Of a DNA stretch of 64,000 nt, positions 1 through 9,836 are shown piece after piece (the first letter of the stretch is position 1; every line of letters starts with the position of its first letter). The stretch spans positions 3,666-67,665 of the forward strand of contig JAGNGI010000003.1 in the NCBI GenBank assembly GCA_018002295.1, written 5' to 3'. This DNA is from Fidelibacterota bacterium (GTDB lineage: Bacteria; Fidelibacterota; UBA2242). The position numbers and the translations under genes are program-made. The notes under the pieces are model-generated. The model was not told the DNA's origin, made no database searches, and worked only from the letters and a program-made list of their open reading frames with translations.

Positions 1-1029
1 ATATTGAGAATAGGGCGCATCGTCTATCTTCCTTTGATAATAATCGTAATAATGGGAAGTGCTACCATATTCAATACTGTGCTGGGCATACGGATGATAA
101 ATAGACGTGTGGTTGATGACAATATCTAGAAGAACCTTCATCTCCAGCGTGTGAGCGGACTTGATCAAATTCTGCAAGTCACTTTCCGAACCATAATCCG
201 AACGTATATTAAAATAATCAATAACGTCATAGCCCTGCTCGCCCCAGGTAGTTTTGAAAATCGGCTGAAGCCAAATGGTATTAATCCCCAATTCCCGCAA
301 TTCGGGCAGTTTCTGTTGAATATCTTGGAAGGTGCCTTCCATAACAAAGGCGTAAGGACTAATTTCATACACCACGGCCGAATCAATCCAAGCCGCATGA
401 TCGCGGCGAATATCAAATGGTTGAATGTCATCAGGACTGACCGTTATAAAAGTACGAGCTCGGGCGGTATCCCCGCTGGCAGTAACCCCTGCCAAATTGA
501 AATAATATTCACCGGCGGGAACCTGCTCTGGTACGTTAAAAACCAAAACCGAATCGCTTGTCCCATTCCAGCCGAATATAGCGGAATTTCGCTCATCTTC
601 AGACCAGGTAAATGTAACCGCATTTGAATCGGGATTTTCGATGATTTTACCGTGTAATGTCACTTCGCGATCAGCGACCGTCGCATAGGCTTCCAGAATT
701 GGTTTTAAGGGCATTTTCATCTGTAAGCGTAATGTGTCAGAATAAATTGGTTCACCTTGATTTTCAATCGTTGCTACAAACCAATTCTCACCCTCATCTA
801 ATTTTACTTCGATGTAAAAGCTGGAATCGGAAGGATTAATATCGAATATTTTACTTCCATCTTTCCAATATAAAACCCCAGATGTAGCAGCCAGTGTATC
901 AATTTTTCCCCAAATTACTTGTTCCGTTTGCCATACCTCGATATTATGAGTTTGCCACTGGAGTTCTACTGCTAACGTCGAAGCCAAGCCAAGCCCAATC
1001 AGTGTAATTATTTTAACTATATTCCGCAT
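1..1029 (-). CDS. Glycoside hydrolase family 13 (alpha-amylase family), N-terminal 343 aa only; the C-terminus lies upstream of the window
   Basis: Reverse-strand translation from the ATG at 1029 gives MRNIVKIITLIGLGLASTLA (a signal peptide), and the frame stays open to position 1. It contains ...SDYGSESDLQNLIKSAHTLEMKVLLDIVINHTS, which is the GH13 conserved region I (DxVxNH). The ORF track does not list it because no stop lies in the window. Confidence 0.8.
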   Translation of the reverse strand, partial: MRNIVKIITLIGLGLASTLAVELQWQTHNIEVWQTEQVIWGKIDTLAATSGVLYWKDGSKIFDINPSDSSFYIEVKLDEGENWFVATIENQGEPIYSDTLRLQMKMPLKPILEAYATVADREVTLHGKIIENPDSNAVTFTWSEDERNSAIFGWNGTSDSVLVFNVPEQVPAGEYYFNLAGVTASGDTARARTFITVSPDDIQPFDIRRDHAAWIDSAVVYEISPYAFVMEGTFQDIQQKLPELRELGINTIWLQPIFKTTWGEQGYDVIDYFNIRSDYGSESDLQNLIKSAHTLEMKVLLDIVINHTSIYHPYAQHSIEYGSTSHYYDYYQRKIDDAPYSQY

Positions 1030-1061
1030 CGCAATGCACTTTTGGACTTTTTTTTACCGTA

Positions 1062-2210
1062 CTAATATTTTCCATACGTTTTAGCTACTTCCACCATCTT
1101 AAATATATTGGCATCTGGGGTATCACGTCCACACTGATCACCGGTTGAAAGAACAAAACCACCGTCATAGCCGACATCATCAATTAGCCGTTTACATTTA
1201 TCTTCAACCTGTTGCGGTGTCGCCCGCATCATAAATTCGGTTGTATTAATATTGCCTTTAATATTCAATTTCCGTCCATATCTTTTCTTAACCATAGCAA
1301 TATCCACATTGCCGGTCGGCGGTTCTTCCATCGGTTCCATCGAAGTAACGTCCGTTTCTTCTGCCACTATTTGCACCAATGGCCAGGAACGACCACAAAT
1401 ATGCAAATGGCAAGGCATGTTTGCCGCTTTACAAATGCTGGAAGCCTGCTGAATAAAAGGTAACTCATATTTCCGGAAAATATCGGGAGAACTTACGCTA
1501 AGACTGGCACTGGAGCCGCCCAACATAATCACATCCGGTTTGGCTTCAATCATAGCTCGCAGATAGGCTAATGCCCAATTCATCCAGTATTCATGAACTT
1601 TTTGCATATAGTCCGCTTCCATTAATAAATCGGAAAATACATTCTCAAAGCCACCATCCCGATTACTAAACCACCAATCCTGAAAAACCGGTATCATTCC
1701 CAAATAGACTCCCAGATCACCAATCACCTGTTTATCACGAAATTCCTTTTCCCATTGCCAATCACCTTTCCCCATTACCAGCTGGAATTTCTCGAAATCC
1801 TCTTGCAAGTTTTTAATCGGTTTGACACTTCGCCAAGGGGATTCATCGGCAAAAAATATTTCTTCTTCGGTTACATCACCCTTGGCTGTATGCCAGCTGC
1901 GTCGGACTAGTTTTCCAGCTGGTATATCTACCGTCTCCGATTCAAAATCCAGTGAACTCGATACTTTCACCTCTTTCAAGCCGCCATACATATAAAAACC
2001 ATCCATATCGAAATATTTTACAGCTTTTACGTAAACCTCACCGTGCGTGGCTGAAGTCCAACCATAATGTTCACGGCCATCTAAATGGATTTCATAAAAT
2101 GGGCGCCCATCCAGTCGGTCTGGCACCATTACCGATATATCCGGACTAACCGGAACGTGGTCTGCTACTCCACCTTTTAAAGCAATCAATAAACGTTCTT
2201 TCGATGTCAT
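1062..2210 (-). CDS. Uroporphyrinogen decarboxylase (URO-D) family protein, MtaA/CmuA-like methyltransferase subgroup
   Basis: 382 aa with URO-D-like length and overall pattern. It has an HLHICG motif (H-x-C) and later cysteines, like the Zn site of MtaA-type methylcobamide methyltransferases and unlike true HemE. There is no signal peptide. Confidence 0.5.
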   Translation of the reverse strand: MTSKERLLIALKGGVADHVPVSPDISVMVPDRLDGRPFYEIHLDGREHYGWTSATHGEVYVKAVKYFDMDGFYMYGGLKEVKVSSSLDFESETVDIPAGKLVRRSWHTAKGDVTEEEIFFADESPWRSVKPIKNLQEDFEKFQLVMGKGDWQWEKEFRDKQVIGDLGVYLGMIPVFQDWWFSNRDGGFENVFSDLLMEADYMQKVHEYWMNWALAYLRAMIEAKPDVIMLGGSSASLSVSSPDIFRKYELPFIQQASSICKAANMPCHLHICGRSWPLVQIVAEETDVTSMEPMEEPPTGNVDIAMVKKRYGRKLNIKGNINTTEFMMRATPQQVEDKCKRLIDDVGYDGGFVLSTGDQCGRDTPDANIFKMVEVAKTYGKY

Positions 2211-2220
2211 TATTTTCGTC

Positions 2221-3897
2221 CTATTTTTTAATATTATCAGGCAAACGATTCCAGCTCCTCAATAATTCCTTCAAGCGATAAAACGACTGCTTCGGTTCGC
2301 AACTTTCGGTCACCAGCCCGCCATTGACAATAAACGGGCGAAAATTGGAAAAATCATACCAGTTAATGGCTTTAATATTGAGCCTGCTGTAATAAAGAGT
2401 ATAAACTTGCTCCAACCAATCAGCCTGTAATTCTTCGTCCCAGGCGCGGTGCCAATCATATGGTTTCCCAGAGATGCCCATACTGCGGTCCACAACGGTT
2501 TCAAAAGTCGGGCCTGAGGTAGTGCCGATTTCAGTGATATATATCGGTTTCCCAAATTTCTCAAACCTTTCCAGCATGCGCATTATATCCGATAGATCGC
2601 GATTCCCGAAGTAGATTTGAATTCCCAGTGTATCAAATTCCACGCCTGCATCCAGTAAATCGGTGATGAATTGATGAGGGGTGCGCAAAGGCCGGGTTGC
2701 TTCCATCCGCGCCATTCTACCTCTGGCAACGTACTCACCCCAGGGTGCACAATTATTGATCAGGCGATCTACTTTAGGATTAATCTCATGGGTTTTATCA
2801 CATACTTGTCGCACAATTTCGGTGATTTGATCGGGAGTATGATTGAAAATATTCGCCCAATCATGATATTCGTTTATGACTTCCCAATGCAAAACCTGAT
2901 CGCCATAATGACCGACAACGTCGCTAATATGTTTATCTACATAACTTCTCAATTGATCATAATTTTTACTTTTCAACCATTCCGGAGTTACAGTAGGATG
3001 AAACCAAAAGAGTGGACGGCCTTCTATAGTAATATTTTTCTCGGTTAGCCAGCGAACGATGTTATCCTTGATCCCCCAGTTATAAACTCCTTCCCTCGGT
3101 TCAAATAATTCATACCAGGTGTCCCAGATATAATGAGTTACTGTAGCAAAATTGAATAATTCGACAAAACGCTTGGTGAATTCTTCATTTTTCGCCCAAA
3201 CATACTGACGGGATTCACAGCCAAAGTAAACTTCATCCTGGCGATTATTTTTAGAAATCATTTGGCGGGCATGTTCCAATTCGATATTCTCTCCCGTCCA
3301 TAAAGCATAGTAAAGAGCTTTATCCGCTATAGAGGCACACTTTTCACTTTCGGCGGTATATTTAGCGGAATCTTCCAGATATTCCTCTGCTAAACCAGAC
3401 AAACGAATTACTTCCGGTGAAAATTTAGTACCCTGAGTTTGATAGCGTCGCATAACTTGGCGATTTCGCGCTATTCGGCTTCTGGCAAATTCGTGATTCA
3501 AGATAAGTTCATTTCGTCCCGTCATTTCCTTTAAAGAATAAAATTCTCCGTCATTATCGGCACTTAAAAAACAGTTTCCAAAGCCTTCGATAAACCACTG
3601 GCAATTCACACTGAAGCGTCGGGTTCCCAAATCCTCCGGCACAACAATCCCATCTCCATTTACCACGATACCAGATTGAAAAGGGTCGCCATTGGTGTCA
3701 GCCGCATAAACAAAATTAAGCGGTGGCATCCACGGATGCGGAAAAGGTTTAAATAGCAATGGCTTAGTAGTTTTGGCAAGAATATTCGATTTTTCCAGAA
3801 AAGACGGGAACATCGCGGCTCCAACTATACCCATTGTACTTTTCCGAATGAACTCGCGTCGTGATAAAGTTTTCTTCAAGGATGGATCATTATTCAT
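2221..3897 (-). CDS. GH10-fold glycoside hydrolase paralog 1 (endo-beta-1,4-xylanase-like), Tat-exported, with an unknown ~230-aa N-terminal module
   Basis: SRREFIRKS twin-arginine signal. GH10 landmarks: FNFATVTHYIWD...FEPREG (FNxxTxENxMKW...EPxxG), GRPLFWFHPTVTPEWL (GHTLVWHSQxPxW), HWEVINE (catalytic acid, WDVVNE), LINNCAPW (LYINDYN) and YITEIG (nucleophile, ITELD). Its ATG lies immediately after the TAA of the upstream paralog. Confidence 0.7.
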   Translation of the reverse strand: MNNDPSLKKTLSRREFIRKSTMGIVGAAMFPSFLEKSNILAKTTKPLLFKPFPHPWMPPLNFVYAADTNGDPFQSGIVVNGDGIVVPEDLGTRRFSVNCQWFIEGFGNCFLSADNDGEFYSLKEMTGRNELILNHEFARSRIARNRQVMRRYQTQGTKFSPEVIRLSGLAEEYLEDSAKYTAESEKCASIADKALYYALWTGENIELEHARQMISKNNRQDEVYFGCESRQYVWAKNEEFTKRFVELFNFATVTHYIWDTWYELFEPREGVYNWGIKDNIVRWLTEKNITIEGRPLFWFHPTVTPEWLKSKNYDQLRSYVDKHISDVVGHYGDQVLHWEVINEYHDWANIFNHTPDQITEIVRQVCDKTHEINPKVDRLINNCAPWGEYVARGRMARMEATRPLRTPHQFITDLLDAGVEFDTLGIQIYFGNRDLSDIMRMLERFEKFGKPIYITEIGTTSGPTFETVVDRSMGISGKPYDWHRAWDEELQADWLEQVYTLYYSRLNIKAINWYDFSNFRPFIVNGGLVTESCEPKQSFYRLKELLRSWNRLPDNIKK

Positions 3898-5445
3898 TTA
3901 TTGTAAAATCCTCCATTTCTCTTGTAATTTTTTCAAGCGATCGACGGCCGCTTTCCGTTCACCTTTCGGTGAACGCAATAAGCCACCGTTTTTCAAGAAG
4001 GAAAATCCATCAATCAAATCATACCAGTTTGCCGCCTGAATCATTGGCTGACTGTAAGCATAGGTAAAAATAGCTTCCAGCCAGTCGGCTTGAAGTTCTT
4101 CGTCCCAGTGACGATGCCATTCATAGGGTAAAGTAGAATAATCACCAGGCTCTTCATCCAGAAACTCTTGCGTGATTCCTCTGGACGGTGCCCCGACTTC
4201 CGCCAAATGAATCGCTTTACCGAGCTTCTCATAGCGTTCGATGACACCGATATAATCGGCTAATGTCTTTGAGGTAAAATAGACCTGCACACCGATTGCA
4301 TCAAAATCGGTACCAGCTTCGATGATTTGCTCGGTAAATTGGAATGGCGTTCGCTGAGGATATCGAGCCGGAAGCTCATGCCACAAGCCTTTCTGGACAT
4401 ATTCACCAAAGGGACTACAATTATTGATTAATATTTTCAAATTGGGATTGACATCGCGAACAACATCACAGGCAAACTTAGTCAATTCAATCGTCTGCTC
4501 ATGGTTCAAAAATAGTTCATTCGCCCAGTCATGTAATTCATTGACCACCTCCCATACTTTTATCCTATTTCCATAGTGGCCAACAACTGTCCGAATATGC
4601 TTTTCCAGATAATTCAGCAATTGAGGAAAAGTCTTATTTTTCAACCAATCCGGTGTTACCCATTTATGTGTCCAAAATAACGGACGACCTGCAACCTGAA
4701 TCTTGTACTTTTCCAAATCGGCTAAGAGACGGTCACGTTCGGCAAATTGCTTCTGCCCTTCGACTGGCTCGAAATCAACGAAATCACCAATCAGGTAATG
4801 AGTAATTGTCGCATAATTAAATACTTCGGTAAATCGTTCCAGAAATAATTCACTATCCATCTGAAAATAACCACGCCCATCACAACCAAATAGGAAATCG
4901 AGCCGGGCACTATTTTTAGCAATATTCCAGCGCGCTTTCTCCAATTCCAACATTTCACTTGCCCAAAGGGCATAAAGGAGAGCTTGTTGGGAAAATCGAG
5001 CGCAGGTCTCATCATCCTGGACATTTTTGATCGCATCATCTAAATAATTTTCCGCCAGATTAATCATAGCAGACAATTCGCGAGATGCCAACCAACCTTC
5101 ACGGTTAAAATTTGCTTGCCGACGCCGATTACGATAGATCCGGGTTTTTGCTAATTCAAAATTTAAATTAAGTTGGAGCGAACCGAACTGGGGCAAAGAA
5201 TAAAATTCACCGCCATTATCCGCGGGCATAAAAAGGTAGCCATAACCTTCAACATTCCAGCGAACATTCAAGGTAAATTTTTTAATTCCCTTCGTATTAC
5301 TGATAGTAACACCTTGATTTTTAACAGCAACATCGGAATGAAAGGTGTCACCATTCATATCCATCAAATAAGCGAACTCGTCAAGATGCGGACCGCGCCC
5401 TTTTTGAATGAAATATGGTTTAAATATCAATGTCTTATTCGGCAT
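3898..5445 (-). CDS. GH10-fold glycoside hydrolase paralog 2, no signal peptide (predicted cytoplasmic)
   Basis: Same architecture as paralog 1: FNYATITHYL...FEPVEG, GRPLFWTHKWVTPDWL, VWEVVNE, ILINNCSPF, IHLAEVG and the C-terminal EELQADWLE shared by all four. The N-terminus begins directly in the conserved module (LIFKPYFIQKGRGPHL). Confidence 0.7.
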   Translation of the reverse strand: MPNKTLIFKPYFIQKGRGPHLDEFAYLMDMNGDTFHSDVAVKNQGVTISNTKGIKKFTLNVRWNVEGYGYLFMPADNGGEFYSLPQFGSLQLNLNFELAKTRIYRNRRRQANFNREGWLASRELSAMINLAENYLDDAIKNVQDDETCARFSQQALLYALWASEMLELEKARWNIAKNSARLDFLFGCDGRGYFQMDSELFLERFTEVFNYATITHYLIGDFVDFEPVEGQKQFAERDRLLADLEKYKIQVAGRPLFWTHKWVTPDWLKNKTFPQLLNYLEKHIRTVVGHYGNRIKVWEVVNELHDWANELFLNHEQTIELTKFACDVVRDVNPNLKILINNCSPFGEYVQKGLWHELPARYPQRTPFQFTEQIIEAGTDFDAIGVQVYFTSKTLADYIGVIERYEKLGKAIHLAEVGAPSRGITQEFLDEEPGDYSTLPYEWHRHWDEELQADWLEAIFTYAYSQPMIQAANWYDLIDGFSFLKNGGLLRSPKGERKAAVDRLKKLQEKWRILQ

Positions 5446-5468
5446 TTTTCACACGATCTTGGGCACTA

Positions 5469-7139
5469 CTACAAATTTTTCCATTGTTCTTTGAGTTTCA
5501 ACAAACGTTGCCAGGCGGCTTTTCTTTCACCGTTTGGACTGCGCAGAAGACCACCTGTTTTTATCCAAGCGTAAGGATCAACGAAATCGTACCAGTTCGC
5601 GGCTTCAATCCAGGGTTTACTATAGGCTAATGTATATATTCCTTCTAACCAGTCTGCCTGCAATTCTTCATCCCAATGGCGATGCCAGACATAAGGTTCG
5701 GTGGGCATTCCTAACTGACCGGTATTGATGGAGTCTTTAGTCGGACCGGAGGACACCCCAATTTCAGTCAACTGCACCGGCCGTCCGAATTTTTCCAGTC
5801 GCTCAATCAGGATAATTGTATCCTGTAGGTCACGATAGGGAAAATACATTTGTTGACCAGTAATTGTAAAATCTACTCCGGCATCTACTAGGTCCTGCAT
5901 AAATTGATGAGGCGTGCGCTGAGGATAGATGGCATCCAGTTCACCCCATTTTTTTAACTGAACATACTCAGCAAAAGGACAGCAGTTATTAATCAGTCGA
6001 TGAACTTTTGGATTAGTGGCTTTGGCAACTTCACAAGCCAGTTTGGTAACATTGACAATCTCTTCTGGCTTCAAGCGCAGTTCATTTGCCCAGTCATGCG
6101 CTTCGTTGATTACTTCCCAGGCATACATACCGTCGCCGTAATGGCCGACGACCTCTTTGGTATGACTTTCGACATATTTCAATAACTGATCGTAAGATTT
6201 ATTACGCAACCAATCCGGAGTAGTGGAATTATAGAACCAGAAAAGTGGACGCCCTTCTACCGTAATCCCGTTTTGGCGTAGCTCTTTAAAAACGGCATCT
6301 CGTAAATTGAAATTTTTCTGCCCCTCTATAGGCTCAAAATCCTGATAATAACCGCTGAGCAGATAATGGGTTATCGTGGCATAGTTGAAGACCTCGGTAA
6401 ATCGCTCCATAAATAGTTCCGGGTCCATCTGGTAAAAAGCCCGTGAATCGCAACCGATGAAAAAATGCGGCCGGTAACCAATTTTGCGAATTTCAAAATC
6501 AGCTTTTTCCAGTTCCATCTTCTCGCCGACTAACATGGCATAATACAATGCTCTCTGAGCATAGTCACCGCAGAGTTCCGCTGATGCCTGTGATTTTACG
6601 GCATCCTCATAGAGACTGTCGGATAGCGCCAGAAGCTCTTTTACTTCTCGTGACGGTTGCCAGCCATCACGTCGGAGTAATTCCAAACGTCGCCGGTTAC
6701 GCAGAACGCGGCTTTTAGCTAATTCAAAATTGAGATTCAACTCGCGCTGTTTCCCTTTTGGGGGTAATTCATAAAATTCGCCACCGTTATCAGCAGTGAT
6801 GTAGATGTAGCCGAAACCTTCCACATTCCAGCGAACATCAATGCCGAATTTTTGGGTACCCTCAGTATCAGAAATTTTCACCCCTTCATTGGATGCGGTA
6901 ATGTTAGAATGGAAAGCATCCCAATGTTCATCACTGGCATATGCCCAATCCAATAAATGGGGTCCCCGCCCTTTTTGGACAATAATCGGTTTAAAAATTA
7001 ATTCTCCGGCTTCCGTATTAGTTTTCGTGCGTTTGGGCGTTAGAATAAGTGGTGCCGATAAAGCTCGTCCACCAACTATTCCGCCCAGACCGGCATACGT
7101 AGCCATTTTTAAAAACTTCCGTCGGGTTATTCTTGGCAT
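5469..7139 (-). CDS. GH10-fold glycoside hydrolase paralog 3, Tat-exported; the ORF reaches 7178 but the likely start is the internal Met at 7139
   Basis: MPRITRRKFLKMATYAGLGG is a twin-arginine signal. GH10 landmarks FNYATITHYL, GRPLFWFYNSTTPDWL, AWEVINE, RLINNCCPF and QLTEIG. Using the upstream Met would overlap paralog 4 by 28 nt. Confidence 0.7.
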   Translation of the reverse strand: MPRITRRKFLKMATYAGLGGIVGGRALSAPLILTPKRTKTNTEAGELIFKPIIVQKGRGPHLLDWAYASDEHWDAFHSNITASNEGVKISDTEGTQKFGIDVRWNVEGFGYIYITADNGGEFYELPPKGKQRELNLNFELAKSRVLRNRRRLELLRRDGWQPSREVKELLALSDSLYEDAVKSQASAELCGDYAQRALYYAMLVGEKMELEKADFEIRKIGYRPHFFIGCDSRAFYQMDPELFMERFTEVFNYATITHYLLSGYYQDFEPIEGQKNFNLRDAVFKELRQNGITVEGRPLFWFYNSTTPDWLRNKSYDQLLKYVESHTKEVVGHYGDGMYAWEVINEAHDWANELRLKPEEIVNVTKLACEVAKATNPKVHRLINNCCPFAEYVQLKKWGELDAIYPQRTPHQFMQDLVDAGVDFTITGQQMYFPYRDLQDTIILIERLEKFGRPVQLTEIGVSSGPTKDSINTGQLGMPTEPYVWHRHWDEELQADWLEGIYTLAYSKPWIEAANWYDFVDPYAWIKTGGLLRSPNGERKAAWQRLLKLKEQWKNL

Positions 7140-7150
7140 AATTCTATCCT

Positions 7151-8746
7151 TTATTTTGTTCCTGATGTTTCTAACCACTGGCGCAATTTTATAAGTCGTT
7201 CGTAAGCCACTTTGGGGTGACGACCTCGGCCGCTTAGTAAACCGCCATTGTCATAATAGGCGCCATTATCAATAAAATCAAACCATAGCACCGAATCAAT
7301 CCAAGACTTACTATAACCAATTAAATATAAAGCCTCCGCCCAATCGGCTTGCAATTCTTCGTCCCAGGGGCGTCTCCATGAATAAGGTTCAGTCGGAAAT
7401 CCTAAACTACCGTTCTTGACCGATTCCTCCGAAGGACCACTGGTGGCACCAATCTCTGAAATTTGGACTCTCTTCTTGAAAGATTCATAGCGCTCCATAT
7501 TAACAATGTAATCTTGTAAATCACGGTATTGATAATAATATTGCAGTCCGATAATGTCAAAATCCACATCGGCGGCGATAAGGTCACGCACAAATTGCCA
7601 GGGTGTGCGTTGGGGATAAAGAGCTTTTTGCCCTGACCAATTTCCTAAATGAACATATTCTGCAAACGGACAACAATTGTTGATCATTAGCGGTATATTA
7701 GGAACCGTATCGCGCGCTACTTCACAGGCAAATTTCGTCAATTCGACAACTTGATCTGGATTTAATTGGACTTCATTAGCCCAATCGTGAAATTCATTCA
7801 CCACTTCCCAGACAGCCATTCGATCCCCATAATGACCGAGCACTTCCCGGGTATGATTCTCGACATACTTCTTTAATTGGTCAAAATTCTTATGCGCCAA
7901 CCACTCAGGCGTAACCCATTTATGAAACCAAAACAGCAAACGCCCTTCTACTTTTATCCCATTCTGTCGCAGAACATTGCAGAGTATATCGCGATGGGTA
8001 AAATTCAGCTGCCCTTCAACCGGTTCAAAAATGTCCATTTCCGGATCGCCATTGACGACATACGTCACGGCTGCAAAATTAAAAAGACGAGTAAAATATT
8101 CCACAAACCGATCTTTGGGCATTTCATAGTATGACCGAGCATCACAACCGAAAAGGAAATTCGCTCGGTTACCTATTCGTTTAATATTCCATTTGGCTTT
8201 TTCCAATTCCATCATCTCGCTACCCCATAAAGCATAGTGGAGAGCTTTTTGAGCCAGTTGAGCACAGTCCTCGCTTAAGCGCGATTTTCGGCCGGCATCT
8301 TCTAACAATCCTTCCGACAAATCTAAATAGGCAGCTGTCTCCTTTGAAGGCTGCCATCCTTCTTTGACAAAATTGTTATGACGCCGGCGGTTTCTTGCCA
8401 CCCGACTGGCGGCGATCTCGTAATTCAAATTATAGACGGTTTGCTTCCCGAAAATCGGCAACTCGTAAAATTCGCCACAATTATCAGCGGTATAATCGTT
8501 ATACCCAAAACCTTCCACATTCCAGCGAACATTGATTCCAAAGCGCTTATGACCCTTGGTATTCGAAATTTTTATTCCGTCGGCATCAATGGTCATATTC
8601 GATGGAAAAGTATCGCCGTTTTCGTCAGTGGCAAATGCTAAATCACCGAGATGAGGACCAACACCCTTTTGTACAAAAAATGGTTTAAAAAGCAGTTCGC
8701 CAGAAGGACTGGGTGCTTGCGACTGAGAATTTGTGATATTTGCCAT
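7151..8746 (-). CDS. GH10-fold glycoside hydrolase paralog 4, no signal peptide
   Basis: LLFKPFFVQKGVGPHL N-terminus, FNFAAVTYVV...FEPVEG, GRLLFWFHKWVTPEWL, VWEVVNE, LMINNCCPF, QISEIG, EELQADWAE. Confidence 0.7.
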   Translation of the reverse strand: MANITNSQSQAPSPSGELLFKPFFVQKGVGPHLGDLAFATDENGDTFPSNMTIDADGIKISNTKGHKRFGINVRWNVEGFGYNDYTADNCGEFYELPIFGKQTVYNLNYEIAASRVARNRRRHNNFVKEGWQPSKETAAYLDLSEGLLEDAGRKSRLSEDCAQLAQKALHYALWGSEMMELEKAKWNIKRIGNRANFLFGCDARSYYEMPKDRFVEYFTRLFNFAAVTYVVNGDPEMDIFEPVEGQLNFTHRDILCNVLRQNGIKVEGRLLFWFHKWVTPEWLAHKNFDQLKKYVENHTREVLGHYGDRMAVWEVVNEFHDWANEVQLNPDQVVELTKFACEVARDTVPNIPLMINNCCPFAEYVHLGNWSGQKALYPQRTPWQFVRDLIAADVDFDIIGLQYYYQYRDLQDYIVNMERYESFKKRVQISEIGATSGPSEESVKNGSLGFPTEPYSWRRPWDEELQADWAEALYLIGYSKSWIDSVLWFDFIDNGAYYDNGGLLSGRGRHPKVAYERLIKLRQWLETSGTK

Positions 8747-8795
8747 AACCGCTATATATCTCCCCGAATTATTACTTGATTTCCATCCTATTCAA

Positions 8796-9830
8796 CTACT
8801 TCTTATATGATCCAGAAGGGACTTCTAATAAAACTCCAGCGCTTACGGGCGCGCCAAAATTAGGCGAATCATCGTTATTCCAACCAAATTTCTGCATTCG
8901 TACGTCACGATCCCAGCCACTTCCCTTATATTTAGCGGCGTGGTAAACGATCCAATCCTCGCGACCATCCGACGACTTGACAAACGAGGCATGTCCCGGA
9001 CCGAATACAGTTTCCGTTTTCGAAAAAACCGGCTCGGGCTTTTTAATCCAACTCGCGCGCGACAAAATATCTCCCCCCGTAAAAGTTAATTGACCCAAAC
9101 AATAATCATCCGTCCAACTCCCGCTAGCAGAATAAATAATGTGAATTTTATCATTTTTCTTTAATATCTCTGGCCCCTCATTCACCAAGGGACGACCGAC
9201 CTTTTCCCATTCATATTCAGGTTCAGAAATCAGCACTCGATCGCCACTGATCGTCCAGGGATTGCTCATCGGTGCAATGTAAAGATTCTGCTGAACATTG
9301 ACTTTCCCTTCCCAACCTGACCAAATGAAATAGAGACGATCGTTATATTCTAAAATGGTTCCGTCAATTGCCCAGCAATCCGTTGAATCGGCAATTTTCC
9401 CTACCAAAACATAACGGCTCTGCGGATCAACATTATCACTTTTCAGGACATACATTCGGTGATTTTCATTCGCGCCATTGTCAGCCGCAACGTAGATATA
9501 CCATTTATTATTAAGAAAATGCAACTCCGGCGCCCATAATTCTTCCGACCAGGGATTGCCTTTCGGCGGCTGCCAGACCAGTTTCGGCTCCGCTAATCCA
9601 ATCTCGTGCAGATTCTTGGAACAACTAATCCAGATGCGATCGTCGGTGGCAAAACAATAATAATAAACATCCTGATAGCGGATTACCCAAGGATCGGCGC
9701 CATTAGCAACAACGGGATTGGTAAAAGTAGCCGGTATTTCTGACTCCTCCTGGCAATACTCCAGACGGACAATAACCGAAATCAGCATTGTGCTTAATAT
9801 GATAATTTTGATATAACGGCCCAAATTCAC
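8796..9830 (-). CDS. Glycoside hydrolase family 43 (beta-xylosidase / alpha-L-arabinofuranosidase-like), secreted
   Basis: N-terminal signal peptide. NPVVANGADPWVI is a GH43 catalytic-base motif. The length fits a single-domain five-bladed propeller. Confidence 0.75.
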   Translation of the reverse strand: MNLGRYIKIIILSTMLISVIVRLEYCQEESEIPATFTNPVVANGADPWVIRYQDVYYYCFATDDRIWISCSKNLHEIGLAEPKLVWQPPKGNPWSEELWAPELHFLNNKWYIYVAADNGANENHRMYVLKSDNVDPQSRYVLVGKIADSTDCWAIDGTILEYNDRLYFIWSGWEGKVNVQQNLYIAPMSNPWTISGDRVLISEPEYEWEKVGRPLVNEGPEILKKNDKIHIIYSASGSWTDDYCLGQLTFTGGDILSRASWIKKPEPVFSKTETVFGPGHASFVKSSDGREDWIVYHAAKYKGSGWDRDVRMQKFGWNNDDSPNFGAPVSAGVLLEVPSGSYKK

Positions 9831-9836
9831 TAGAAC

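Noticed and set aside
151-627. 158-aa plus-strand ORF, with a nested 88-aa minus-strand ORF
   Set aside because: It lies entirely inside the minus-strand GH13 gene, whose frame is open from the ATG at 1029 to position 1 with strong family motifs. It is a shadow ORF.
1062-2210. Annotating the URO-D family protein as haem-biosynthesis HemE
   Set aside because: The HxC Zn motif and the glycan-operon context fit the MtaA-like methyltransferase subgroup better. The heading is kept at family level only.
2671-3048. Antisense ORFs of 60-160 aa inside large genes (for example 2671-3048+, 5173-5574+, 33061-33540+, 61512-61937-)
   Set aside because: All overlap confidently assigned longer CDSs on the other strand or frame and lack recognisable motifs.
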